Source: Mobula hypostoma (Eukaryota). From it: a DNA stretch of 64,000 bases. The position numbers and the translations under genes are program-made. Below are positions 11,800 through 24,310 of the stretch, in pieces (within the stretch, counting starts at the first letter, position 1; each line of letters begins with the position of its first letter). The stretch spans positions 151,840,001-151,904,000 of the forward strand of contig NC_086097.1 of NCBI RefSeq assembly GCF_963921235.1, given 5' to 3'. Under the pieces are notes generated by a model, which was not told the DNA's origin, made no database searches, and was given only the letters and a program-made list of their open reading frames with translations.

Positions 11800-13345
11800 T
11801 CTGTCAACTCGTGGAGTGATGTCGCAACAACAACCTGGCACTCAACGTCAGTAAGATGAAAGAGCTGACTGTGGATTTCAGGAAGGGTAAGATGAAGGAA
11901 CACATACCAACCCTCATAGAGAGATCAGAAGTGGAGAGAGTGAGCAGCTTCAAGTTCAGGGGTGTCAAGATCTCTGAGGACCTAACCTGGTTCCAAATAT
12001 CGATGCAGTTATAAAGAAGGCAAGACAGTGACTATACTTCATTAGGAATTTGAAGGGATTTGGTATGTCAACAAATACACTCAAAAACTTTTATAGATGT
12101 ACCATGGAGAGCATTATGACAGGCTGCATCATTGTATGGTATGGAGGGACTACTGCACAGGACTGAAAGAAGCTGCAGAGGGTTATAAATTTAGTCGGCT
12201 CCATCTTGGGTACTAGCCTACAAAGTACCCAGGACATCTTCAAGAAGCAGTGTCTCAGAAAGGCAGCATCCATTATTAAGGACCTCCGGCACCCAGGGCA
12301 TCCACTTTTCTCACTGTTAGCAGAAGCCTGTACAGAAGGTACAGAATCCTAAAGGCACACACCCAGCGATTCGGGAACAGCTTCTTCCCCTCTGCCATCC
12401 GATTCCTAAATTGACATTGAACCCATGTACACTATATCACTTTTTAATATACAATTACTTCTGTTTTCTTGCAGGATTTTAATCTATCCAGTATATGTAT
12501 ACTGCAAATTTATTTTTTTTTTCTTCTTCTATATGTAAGGGGCTTCTTCTTTTATGTTACTGCATAGTCTAATTAAAATGGCTTCTTTGTTATGTTATAA
12601 TTGAAATGGCTTCTTTGTTATGTTAACTGCTGAGAAAGTCCTCCTGCTAGCAGTTAGTTTGGATCATGTTACTGATAAGAGGATGAACAAACCAATTGGG
12701 ATAGATGTTATTCTTTCTGTGTGTCTGTAAGTTATTGTGATGTGCAGGTTTTTGTGCAGAAGGCGGGAAAGAGAGACAGAGAATGGACCAGGTGCTGTGA
12801 GTCCGCTAACCGGGTCAGAGCCCAAGCAGGAGTCCGAGGTCCAGGGTGTTCGGCGAGGAGAGGAGACGGAGACGGAATCGTGTGGAGCATCTGGTCAACC
12901 ACAGTTGTTTGTCCCAGGTGGCAGGTCAAGGTGGTCCGAGAGATCGCAGGGTGAAGAAGGAGGGTCCTGAGCTCCAACTGTTTGTGCACGAAGAGATTGA
13001 ACTTTGTGTGGCACCTTTTATTTACCTTTTATATTTTATTCTCTATTAATTATATAGTTCCAGTAATATCTATAAACTGTAAATCATTTAATTGTATCTG
13101 GTTTATTGTCTGTTATTTGGCGGGGTGGGGTACATCACACAGCATCCACACAAACTAATTACCCAGTTTGGTGGGGCTGAGGGTTGTTTCCCTAGACGAC
13201 AGTGAGCTGAGCGACCCTGACGCTGGCCGGGGAGGGCGGGGGGGGGGGGCTACATATATAATGTATTGCATTGAACTGCTGCTGCTGTTAACAAATTTTG
13301 CGACACATGCCAGTGATAATAAACCTGATTCTGCTTCTGATGATC
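11800..13345 (+). mobile_element. Rex1/Babar LINE 3' part, 3' UTR split by a solo LTR
   Basis: NNLALNVSK.KELTVDFRK and FYRCTMESIMTGCI motifs; 3' UTR continues at 13255 to AATAAACCTGATTCTG. Confidence 0.85.
12534..13254 (+). mobile_element. Solo LTR (Gypsy or ERV type), 721 bp
   Basis: Begins TGTA, ends TACA, flanked by 4-bp TSD TATA (12530-12533 and 13255-13258); host Rex1 3' UTR reads continuously when removed. Orientation is tentative. Confidence 0.85.
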
Positions 13346-13914
13346 ATATTGAATGGAAGAGCAGTTTTAAAGGAGATAATGGCCTACTCCTTCCTGCTCT
13401 AAATTTCCTCGTTTCAGGTAAAGATCATTGAAAGACTGGAATATAAGGACGAGCATTTTAAAATGGAAGCATTGCTTAACCGTGCCTTTATGTGTATCAC
13501 CAAGCATTCTGTTACTCTTGTTACTAATTGCCAGTGCTTGTTCAAAAACTTCTCATTTTGAATGCTTTGAGGGATCTAGCTATTTTGGATGGATGAAGCT
13601 ACTCCATAAACCAGCTACACTTCCCTCTGTTCCCGGTAAACTTTCACGATATATTCCAGTGAGATGAATTGCAATTTGTCTGTGTGTGAATCTTTTCTTT
13701 CTTGTTTCCTGTTCCAGTCTCAGAGCTTGTTGAGTTGGTTGCAGCAAGCTATTGTAACTTCAGGTCACAAATGCCTGTGTATTTTTGAGATAAATAATGC
13801 TAGCCTCCAGTTCTTCTGCCCCTGTGAGAATTCCTGTGGATGCCAGTGAAGTAGCTACTCTGTTGTGAGCAATGGGTATTGATATCTTTCTTTTAATGAA
13901 ATTAAAAGAAAAAA

Positions 13915-16900
13915 AATATTATCAAAGTACATATATGTCACAATGTACAACCCTGCAATTCATTTAATTATGGGCATACTCAATAAATACATAGGAAAAT
14001 AACCATAACAGAATCAATGAAGGACTGCGCAAACTTGGGCATTCAACCAGTGTGCAAAGGACAACAAACTACGCAAATACAAAAAAAAGAAACACTAATA
14101 AATTAATAAGCAATAAATATTAAGAACATGAGATGAAGTGTCCTTAAAAGTGAATCCATTTGTTGTGTGAACATTTCAATGAGGGTGCAAGTGAAATTGA
14201 GTGAAGCTATCTCCTTTGGTTCAAGAGCCTGATGGTTGAAGGGTAATAATGGTTCCAGAACCTGGTGGTGTGAGTCTTGAGGCCCCTGCATCTTCTTCCT
14301 GATGGTAGCAGCAAGAAAAGAGCACGGCCTGGTTGGTGGGTGTCCCTGATGATGGATGCTGCTTTCCTCCGTCAATGCTCCATGTAGATGTGCTCAGTGG
14401 TGGGGAGGGCTTTATCCATGATGGACTGGGCTGCATCCACTACTTTTTGTAAAAGTTTTTGTTCAAGGGCATAGGTGTTTCCATACTAGGCTCTGATGCA
14501 GCCATTCAATATACTCTCCACCACACATCTATAAAAGTTTGTCAAAGTTTTAGATGTCATGCTGAGTCATCGCAAACTCCTAAGGCAGTAGAGGCGCTGC
14601 CATGCTTTCTTCGTAATTGCAATTATGTGCTGGGCACAGGACAGGTCCTCTGGAATAACTACGCTGATGAATTTAAAGTTGTTGACCACTCCACCTCTGA
14701 TCCTCCAATGAGGACTGGCTCATGGACCTCTGGTTTCATTCTCCTTGAGTCTATAGTCAGATCTATGGTCTTGTTGACAATGAGTAAGAGGTTGTTGTTA
14801 TAGCACCACTCAGCCAGATTTTGAATCTCCCTCCTATGCGCTGATTCATCACCACCTTTGATTCCGCCAATGACAGTGATGCCATCAGCAAACTTGAATG
14901 TGGTATTGGAGCTTTGCCTAGCCACACAGTCATTAGTGTGAAGTGAGTAGAGCACACAGCTTTGTGGCGCACTTGTGCTGATGGAGATCGTGGAGGAGAA
15001 TTTGTTGCCAATCTGAACTGACTGGGGTCTGTAAGTGAGGAAATCAAGGATCCAATTGCACAAGGAGGTATCGAAGCCAAAGTCTGGGAGTTTATTGGTT
15101 AGTTTTGAAGGGGTGATGGTATTGAATGCTGAGCTGCAGTTGATAAAGACTATCCTGACGTATGCATCTTTGCTGTCCAGATGTTCCAGGTTTGAGTGAA
15201 GAGCTAAGGAGATGGCATCTGCTGTGGACCTCCGGTAGGCAAATTAAAGTAGATCTAAGTTGCTTCTCAGGCAGGAGTTCATATGTTTCAGCACAAACCT
15301 TTCAAAGCATTTCATCACTGTGGATGTAAAAGTGCTTCTGAATGATAGTTACTGAGGCAGGTCACCACGTTCTTCTTAGTCACCGGTATAAGTGAAATCT
15401 ACTTGAAGCAGGTGGGTAGCTCAGACTGCTGAAGTGAGAGGGTAAAGAGCTCAGTGAACATTACAGCCAGTTAATCAGCACAGGTCTTTAGTACTTGGGC
15501 CAGGTCCCCATCTGGGCCAAATGCTTTTTATGGATTCACCCTTCTGAAAGCTTCTCACATATTGGCTGAAATCATAGGGTCACCCGGGGCACAGGGAGTT
15601 TACGATAGTTCCTGCCTGTTTTGACAGTCAAAGTGAGCAGGGAAGGCATTGAGCTCATTTGGAAGCGAAGCCCTGTTGTTGCCTTCGTTGTTTGACTTAA
15701 CTTCATAAGAAGTGATAGAATTCAAGCCCTGCCACCACTGTTGAGCATCTTTCACTGATTCAAGTTTAGTCTGGAATTGAGACTTTGGCCATGACATGGC
15801 TTTCCAGAGATCTGCCTGGACCTCTTGTAACTTTCTTGGACATCTGACACTTGAATGCCTCTGAACTGGCTCTCAGCAAATTGCAGATCTCATGGTTCAT
15901 CCAGGGCTTTTGATTGGAGTAGACTCTGAATGATTTTGTGGGGTTACACTCGCCTGTTTTAATAAAGTCCGTGACAACCATGGTGTATTCATTCAGATCC
16001 CCAGATAAGTCCTTGAACACGGACCATTCCACTGACTCAAAGCAATCCTGTGGCTGCTCCTCTGCCTCCTGTGACTACCTCTTTGTTGACCTATCTCTGG
16101 AGCTTTGCTCTTTAGCCTCTGCTTCTACACAGGTGGGAGAAGGACAGCCAAGTGATCAGATTTACTAAGATGTGGTCTGGGCATGGAATGGTAGGCATTC
16201 CTCATCTTAGTATAACAGTGCTCTAGTCTGTTGGGACCTCTGGTGCAACAGGTTATATGCTGATTGTAATTGGGCAGGGTTTTCTTCAAACAAGCCTATT
16301 TGAAGTACCCGACTATGATTTGAAATGCATCCGGATGGACTGTTTCTTGTTTGGAGACTGCGTCATGGAGTATTTAAGCACTTCATTATGGTTGGCCACG
16401 AGTGGTATGTAAACTGCTGTCAGGATTATGGAGGACACCTCGCTAGGTAAATAGAAAGAGTGGCATTTCACCATTAGAAGTTCAAGGTTAGGGGAACACA
16501 AGCTCCACAAAACCACCATATTGGAGCACCACTGAGAGCTTATCATGAAACATATACCTCCACCTTCTTCTTTTTCTGAATCTGCAGTTTGATTCATATG
16601 TAAAATTGAGAAGCCCCAGGGTTTGATCTCTGTACCTAGCATACTGAAGAAATCCAAGTCTAGCTCAGACATAGAATAAAACAATCCCTCATTTCTCTCT
16701 GATACAGCAATTTTGCCCTCAGATCCTCAGATTTGTTCTCTAGTGACTGCACATTTGCTAACAAAACGCTGGGTAGAGGGTCCTCATCCCTCTGCAGTTC
16801 AACCTGGAGAACCCCCCCACCACCTTGCTTCTGACCATTATGATGAACCTTTGTCCACTTAAGAGTATCGTACCTGACTGGTCCTCCGAGAACGTCAGAC

Positions 16901-17070
16901 AATCGTGAAAGCTGTAGGTCATTAATTAGATCATTGCTTAGAGGGAAGTGACATGCTGCAGATTGCAGTGAGAGTAATTCAAAAGAGGTATATTTAAAAG
17001 TATTAGAAGTATTGAACACAGACCACACAGTGTTGGCATGGTTCATCGGTGACGTTCTGATGTTCACAGA
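13915..17070 (-). mobile_element. Near-full-length decayed Rex1/Babar LINE (APE endonuclease plus RT)
   Basis: Minus ORFs: LPSVLLANVQSLENK, GGGICFMI..CSPNLE..FYLPSE..AVYIP (EN); [34 protein letters not shown] (RT). Confidence 0.92.
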
Positions 17071-18985
17071 CAACCATTATTATCCCTTATTATTTGTTTG
17101 AAGATTTCCTTGAAAGAATATCTAAGAGAATGTCAATTAAACATGTGGAACCACCTTTCCCATTGAAGTTGGGAAGTGTCCCATGATATAAATTGGACAA
17201 CTGTTTACCATTCCAGCCTAGAGCCTCCACCTAATTCTTTTCACTTGGTGATCTCTGTTTCATTCAATACTTGCTTCTCAAAACCACTAACTACATATTG
17301 TATGGTGCTTGGGTTGGTATTAGTACTTGCAGCAGGTAGAATGTGAGATAGAAAATGAAGCGCATTATTCTGGGGAAATAGAAAATCTTCCATTATATGA
17401 AAATATACCTGACACAAAAGAGGACAATTATAGTTACTTGAGGCCAATTTATTCTAACTCTAGGCAATTGCTGGTAGGAATTCCTGAGGGTAGTGTACTA
17501 AACTCATCTGCAAGTTTCATCAATGATCTTGTCAAATATAAAGCTAGATTTGACTTTGTGGTCTTCAGTTCTTCAGTTTTTCAGCACTTTTTACAATACC
17601 TTAACTAATAATCTAGCCCCCAAGCTGGCAGTAGGAATTGGGAAAGATTTAACTTTGGCCCCCATGTAACAGGTAATTTTCTTCATTGAAGTAACTTACA
17701 TTTTTAGATCTTAGCTTTCCACTTTGTGAAAAACACTGTAACTTTTCTTGGGTTTAAAGTATGCAACCTAATACCTGCATGGAAATCCATCAATCATTGC
17801 TTATTCTAATCATCAAATTTGCTCATTTTACTTTGGTTTTAATTTACTTGTTAAATCCCAAACTTAGTTCAATGTACTTCTAACTTTGTATTGATTGTAA
17901 CCTTGAATAGAAAATCCTCCATTTCTATATTGAAAGAAATGGTACTTTCAATTATGTGTAATGATCTCACAGTAACGCTTGTCAAATTCCACAAGTCAGA
18001 TTACAATTTCTTTATCTCTTTCCAGCCTTCAGTAATTATAGTTTCTTACACACAAGCCAACCATTCAATGTATTTAATTGTGCTGCCATGTCAGCTTCAA
18101 ATATTGTTTGAGGGTTTCCCTGGTTTCAAGATGTTTTACTCTGTCCTGACTATAAAGAACTTCTAGCCAATTTTTTTTCTGGCATCATAGATGAGTGCAT
18201 TACTTTGGAGATAACCTGTGACTTCTTTTCTCTAAGAACCATCCCCTTTAAATACTCTTCATTGCCTTATGATCCTTACTTACAAAAGAGAGGAGACTAT
18301 GAATTTCTTCATCACTGAGCTTATTTCCTTTGCTCACAAGACTAAAAAATCCGAAAATTGACATATGATTAAGAGTATCTATACTGTTAATTGCTACACT
18401 GAGATTCCTGTGCCAAATTTAAATCACTAATAAAGGAGACATGCTGCAACTTCATAGGGAAGTTAAATATAGCATGCCAGCTCTTGAAGCTTGTAGTATA
18501 TTGTCACAGATTGTCCGATGCCTTTTAACAGTTCACATTAAATGTGGTCAGCTTTTTTGTGATTCAGGTTGCTTGCACACCTGGGCATTAATAATGTCAC
18601 GAGTCCTTGGTTTTATTATGCAAAAATTAGTTCATGACCTTGAAATCTTTATACCTTGAATTTTACCAGTATTCTTGAATTTCAGAAATAAAACATTAAT
18701 TAAATGCACGTCAGTCTCTCTTATTCTCCATATGCAGATTTTTCAAATAATTTTCCATTTAGGTGTTAATTCTTTCTTGAATTGGATGTTTCTCTGTGAT
18801 ATGTTTGCAATTCTCCAAATCTTCAACATGTTTAACTAAGTTATTTCTAATTGTCCAGCAGTGTCAACTTTAGAACTTTTTGATCTTTGTACTGCCTGGA
18901 AGTTTGGATTTCTAGATCTGGGTGACACCTAATGATATCATGTATTTTCATCTCTCATTAATTCTTTTTGATATCTTTTTCCTAG

Positions 18986-19047
18986 GACCAGGGCAGTGTG
19001 CATTGATTCACTATGTGGAGAATGCCCTTGAAGATGCTCGACCAAAA
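18986..19047 (+). other. Candidate 62-nt coding exon of an unidentified host gene
   Basis: Long polypyrimidine tract ending CCTAG, donor AAA|GTGGGT, single open frame (G)PGQCALIHYVENALEDARPK, in non-repetitive sequence. Confidence 0.4.
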
Positions 19048-19329
19048 GTGGGTGCAGCTTTATTTTTTCAGCAATATTACACATAGCCATCAAATCCAAT
19101 GTTAAATCCCATTATTATGTGCAGCAATGTCGTTAATACATTTCCTACCTATTTGGAATAGTCAAAAAGTGAAGAATAAGGTGATGTGAAGATATTTTTT
19201 GGTAGTTGTGGGCATTAGGTCTGTGGATAATAATTCAGATTATGCTGATAAGAAAGTGAAAAAAAGGATTGAAAATTTACAAATTGATGATGAAGAAGCT
19301 AGGAGGAAATGTGGATACGGAGTAGCATT

Positions 19330-19575
19330 TTCCATCAGCTGAGAGAGTTGCTGCCCCAAAGTCCCAATGATAATCTTGACTCCTTGAGCTGTTTGTGTGG
19401 AATTTGCACTTTGGTATACTCACTGTAGTCATTGGGATTTCCAGAATCTAGGTTCAGTTGGTGGGGATGTAGAGAAAATAAAATTTGACTAGTATAGGGT
19501 TAATGTAAGTGGGTGCTTGGTGATCAGCTCAGAATGGATAGGTAAAAGAGGTTCTTTCTGGGCTGCGTGACTCTG
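19330..19575 (+). mobile_element. Degenerate HE1-like SINE
   Basis: 'GCTGTTTGTGTGGAATTTGCAC' body and CR1-like tail 'CTTTCTGGGCTGCGTGACTCT'. Confidence 0.55.
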
Positions 19576-20029
19576 GCTATATGACAGCAAGTGCAGTAGT
19601 GTTGATACATTGGAAGAAAGTATTGTAGTTCATTATGTCAAATGTAATCATTTATTCCCTAAAGCTCACAACTTGCCAAAGTTCAATTTTCTGTCCAATC
19701 CCTACTGATTTGACAAATAAAAGATCAATTATTCAGAAGAAGGATTACAAGAGCAATAAAATCAAATGGATATTATTTTCTGTAGTTAATATTAAAAAAT
19801 TAACCTTTTGACTTTTTCAGAAAAAGTATTTCTGAAATACCACCATCAATAAGTAATTCATACAATGGGATATGTTGGTCTTACAATGGGATAAGTTATT
19901 CGCACAATTTCTAGAGAGAGACTCATAAAACCGTAAGGCCTGAATGTAACACAATGTGGCAGAACAATGAGAAATTTGTTGCTTAAAAGTTATATCATGT
20001 AACACCATTTCAAGTTTAAGTTCAACTTC

Positions 20030-22075
20030 AGTGTCTTGTCATTCAACCATACACATGTGCACCACCAAATGAAGCAACGTTCCTCTGGGCCAAGGTGCAC
20101 AACACAGTACATAAAACTCACACATACACAACACATGAAGTAATATTACCAAAAATAAATTTAGCAAGGTGCTTTTACAACACAAGTTAAAAAGTAAGCA
20201 GCATAACACCACCAGGAATTCATGCGCAATGAGACCTGGGTGCTGGCAGGGCCTTACAGCCTGCGGGAAAGAAGCTGTTTTACATCCTACAGTTCTTGTC
20301 CTAATGCTACACTACCTCCCACCTGATGTAGGGGGTCAAAGAAATTTTTGGATGGATGGGAGGGATCATCGACGATGCTAAGAGCCCTGTGTATGCAGCG
20401 CTGCTGATAAATATTTCTGTGGGTGGAAGAGAGACCTCGATACATTAGTGATAATTTTTCAAAACTCGTTAGATTCTGGACTAGTTCCTGGGGATTGGAG
20501 GGTGGCTAATGTAACCCCACTTTTTAAAAAAGGAGGGAGAGAGAAACCGGGGAATTATAGACCGGTTAGCCTAACGTCAGTGGTGGGGAAACTGCTGGAG
20601 TCAGTTATCAAAGATGTGATAACAGCACATTTGGAAAGCGGTGAAATGATCGGACAAAGTCAGCATGGATTTGTGAAAGGAAAATCATGTCTGACGAATC
20701 TCATAGAATTTTTTGAGGAGGTAACTAGTAGAGTGGATAGGGGAGAACCAGTGGATGTGGTATATTTGGATTTTCAAAAGGCTTTTGACAAGGTCCCACA
20801 CAGGAGATTAGTGTGCAAACTTAAAGCACACGGTATTGGGGGTAAGGTATTGATATGGATGGAGAATTGGTTAGCAGACAGGAAGCAAAGAGTGGGAATA
20901 AACGGGACCTTTTCAGAATGGCAGGCGGTGACTAGTGGGGTACCGCAAGGCTCAGTGCTGGGACCCCAGTTGTTTACAATATATATTAATGACTTGGATG
21001 AGGGAATTAAATGCAGCATCTCCAAGTTTGCGGATGACACGAAGCTGGGTGGCAGTGTTAGCTGTGAGGAGAATGCTAAGAGGATGCAGGGTGACTTGGA
21101 TAGGTTGGGTGAGTGGGCAAATTCATGGCAGATGCAATTTAATGTGGATAAATGTGAAGTTATCCACTTTGGTGGCAAAAATAGGAAAACAGATTATTAT
21201 CTGAATGGTGGCCGATTAGGAAAAGGGGAGGTGCAATGAGACCTGGGTGTCATTATACACCAGTCATTGAAAGTAGGCATGCAGGTACAGCAGGCGGTGA
21301 AAAAGGCGAACGGTATGCTGGCATTTATAGCGAGAGGATTCGAGTACAGGAGCAGGGAGGTACTACTGCAGTTGTACAAGGCCTTGGTGAGACCACACCT
21401 GGAGTATTGTGTGCAGTTTTGGTCCCCTAATCTGAGGAAAGACATCCTTGCCATAGAGGGAGTACAAAGAAGGTTCACCAGATTGATTCCTGGGATGGCA
21501 GGACTTTCATATGAAGAAAGACTGGATGAACTGGGCTTGTACTCATTGGAATTTAGAAGATTGAGGGGGAATCTGATTGAAACGTATAAAATCCTAAAGG
21601 GATTGGACAGGCTAGATGCAGGAAGATTGTTCCCGATGTTGGGTAAGTCCAGAACAAGGGGTCACAGTTTGAGGATAAAGGGGAAGCCTTTTAGGACCGA
21701 GATTAGGAAAAACTTCTTCACACAGAGAGTGGTGAATCTGTGGAATTCTCTGCCACAGGAAACAGTTGAGGCCAGTTCATTGGCTATATTTAAGAGGGAG
21801 TTAGATATGGCCCTTGTGGCTATGGGGATCAGGGGGTATGGAGGGAAGGCGGGGGCGGGGTTCTGAGTTGGATGATCAGCCATGATCATAATAAATGGCG
21901 ATGCAGGCTCAAAGGGCCGAATGGCCTACTCCTGCACCTATTTTCTATGTTTCTATGTTTCTATAATCCTCTCAGCAGTCCTCGCAATCCTTTGTAATGA
22001 CTTCATGTCAGTTTCCTTGCAATTCCCATACCAAACAGTGTTGCTGCTGGAAAGAACGCTTTCGACAGTGCTTTT
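20030..22075 (-). mobile_element. Rex1-type 3' fragment (20030-20440 and 21964-22075) split by a CR1 insertion
   Basis: 'GGAAGAGAGACCTCGAT | AATCCTCTCAGCAGTCCTC' joins into a sequence like 46668-46710. Confidence 0.7.
20441..21963 (+). mobile_element. Young CR1 LINE, 5'-truncated RT plus 3' UTR
   Basis: ORFs 20448-21239 and 21267-21866 are in one frame separated by a single TGA; all CR1 RT motifs present (GVPQGSVLGP, SKFADD); (TTTCTATG)n tail. Confidence 0.97.
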
Positions 22076-23399
22076 GATGGTTTGGGTATGCTAAGGATCC
22101 AGTTTGAATCATAGTTGAAATGTGAACTACATTGAGGACTTGCAGCATGGATTGCCAATTCTACAATTTTTACTTTTAGGTTTTTCCTATCTGTCTGATG
22201 CTTAATTTAATTAAGCTATTTAAATTTTTTAAATTCTTTCTTACCCCTCTTCTAATATTCATATGTCTGTGCACTTGTAATGCTAATGTTACACTGTAAT
22301 TTCCTTTAGGATCAATAAAGTATCTATCTATCTGTCTATACCAAATAGTGACATTTAGTTGATAGACCAGTGTTATATTCCACAGCTGGAGTAATCATCA
22401 TTTGAAATAGTAAATGGAAGCCTCATTTGCTCTCTCAGATAAGCATAAACATTTCTGAGTGTTATTTGAAGTTGAACCTCACTAGCCTCTGCAGCCTCTG
22501 AATTCAATATCGAAATCTTTTATCTAAGTTTCCATTCCTCCACTATTCCAGAAACTTAAGCTTATCTGAAATCCTTCTTCTCATTGGTTAACTCATAAGA
22601 AGTACTTTTCACTACTAACAAATGGTGTTACTGCTCACATTAGTCCTGTTCATGAAACACCTTGTTTTGAAAATTTGCATCCTTGTGGTCATATATATCA
22701 AAGGCCTCAACCTTTCCTATCCCTGCAAAGTTCAATGGCCCTATGACCTCCCTGGGTCTCTGATTTCATCCAACATCGACCTCTTTCACGTCTCCCAATT
22801 TCAGAACTTTAAATAGCAACTGTGTCTTTCAGCATTGTGTTCTTGTCCTTTCATCCTTGGCCTTTGTCTGGATCCTTCCATTCATTGCTTTCTATTAAAA
22901 TATTTCTTAAAAGCTCCGTCTTTATCAAAGCTTGTGGATAGCCATTCTAATTTCTCTTTCTCTGCCTTGCAGTGGCACAATGGCACAGCAGTTAGAGCTG
23001 TTAATTCACAGCTCCAGCATTGCATACTAACCGGAATGGTTGAATTCGATGTCCTGGTTTAACTACACATTGCTCTTGGTTTGCCTGTGTTTTCATTGAG
23101 CAATCCTGCCAGGGGGCTGCATTTCTGACTGCTCAGGTTATGAACAGTTCTCAGTAAAGGAGCCCTGGTCATAACCTGGAGAGGAGCTGTAGCTTATTCT
23201 TTCTCTAGGTGCTCCAGTTTCATTCCACATTGAGATTTCATGCTGTTAGGCTATTTGACTTCATTAATTGGAAATACTGGGTTGCTTCGGTGAGAGCCAG
23301 CATGGTCCTGATGGGTTGAATATCCTCCTGGGTTTTATAGGTTTTCAATGTTAAAGGAGACACACATATGTCGTTGAATTGGTATTTATTTAACTTTGC

Positions 23400-23690
23400 A
23401 GTACAATGTCATAAATTATATTAAGTTATTCAAAAACATATTAAATTCATAAACTTTATAAATCATTTTAAACAGTGAAGATATATATATATTTATATTA
23501 AACATATCAATATCTATATTACAATTATAATTATTTCATCTTATATAAATTAAACAATATATATATATAATTTATATATTTAAATATTATAATTGTAATA
23601 TAAACAAAATAATAAAAATAAAATAATATATAATCTTTTAAGTGCTTGCATGATATCTAGAGAAATTCTTTTTATCGTGTTATATATCTA
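23400..23690. repeat. AT-rich low-complexity tract containing an inverted repeat
   Basis: Extremely A+T rich; TATATTACAATTATAAT (23515-23531) is the exact reverse complement of 23586-23602. Confidence 0.85.
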
Positions 23691-24154
23691 TAACAGAAAT
23701 CCATCAGTACTGATTTATTTTTCTCAGATGTACAGTGAAAAGCTTTTGTTTTATCAACCAGACAGGTCATGCAGTGGTCTCTGCTTCACTCTCCCATCCG
23801 GCAGAACATGCAACAGCCTGTGAGCCAGCTTCTATCCCACTGATCAGACTTTTGACTGGACACTAAAAGATAAACTCTTGAACTCTGGATCTCCCAATCT
23901 ACCTTGCTGTGGCCCTTGCATTTTACTTGTCTACTTGCACTGCATTTTCCCTGCAACTGCAACGTTTTATTTTGTATGCTGTTTTCTTTTCACTACCTTG
24001 ACTGATGCCTGCAATATGCTGGTGCAGGTGTGCTGGAATTATCAGCCGTTTGTTTCTTGATGCATTGAGAGCTTTCATTAAGTCAATGGCACACAACCAC
24101 AATTTGACTCGAATAAGGAATTCCATTCAAAGAATCCACGGGGGGAAAAAATAT

Positions 24155-24295
24155 AGAACTGCATTAGAGGATGCTCTTTTAAGGGATGAGACATAAACTA
24201 GAGGGAGCTTTATTCTGCTTTTAGACGCTTTGATTCTAATACTGGTATGTAAATGAACATTGGTGAATATTTATTATGTAGGATCAACCATTTGA
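24155..24295 (+). mobile_element. Deu-domain SINE remnant
   Basis: 'GAGGATGCTCTTTTAAGGGATGAGACATAAACTAGAGG' resembles the Deu domain as recalled (GGAGGTGCCGTCTTTCGGATGAGACGTTAAACCGAGG). Confidence 0.5.
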
Positions 24296-24310
24296 CTGGT
24301 AACTTCAACA

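Noticed and set aside
17327..17608. ORF with tyrosine motifs (LYENI, NYSYL, IYSN) resembling an immune-receptor tail
   Set aside because: Continues into GIPEGSVL..FINDL, a decayed LINE RT GVPQGSVLGP..FINDL motif; the upstream part fits frameshifted 'ENYLT..RQ.V'. Most likely an ancient LINE remnant.
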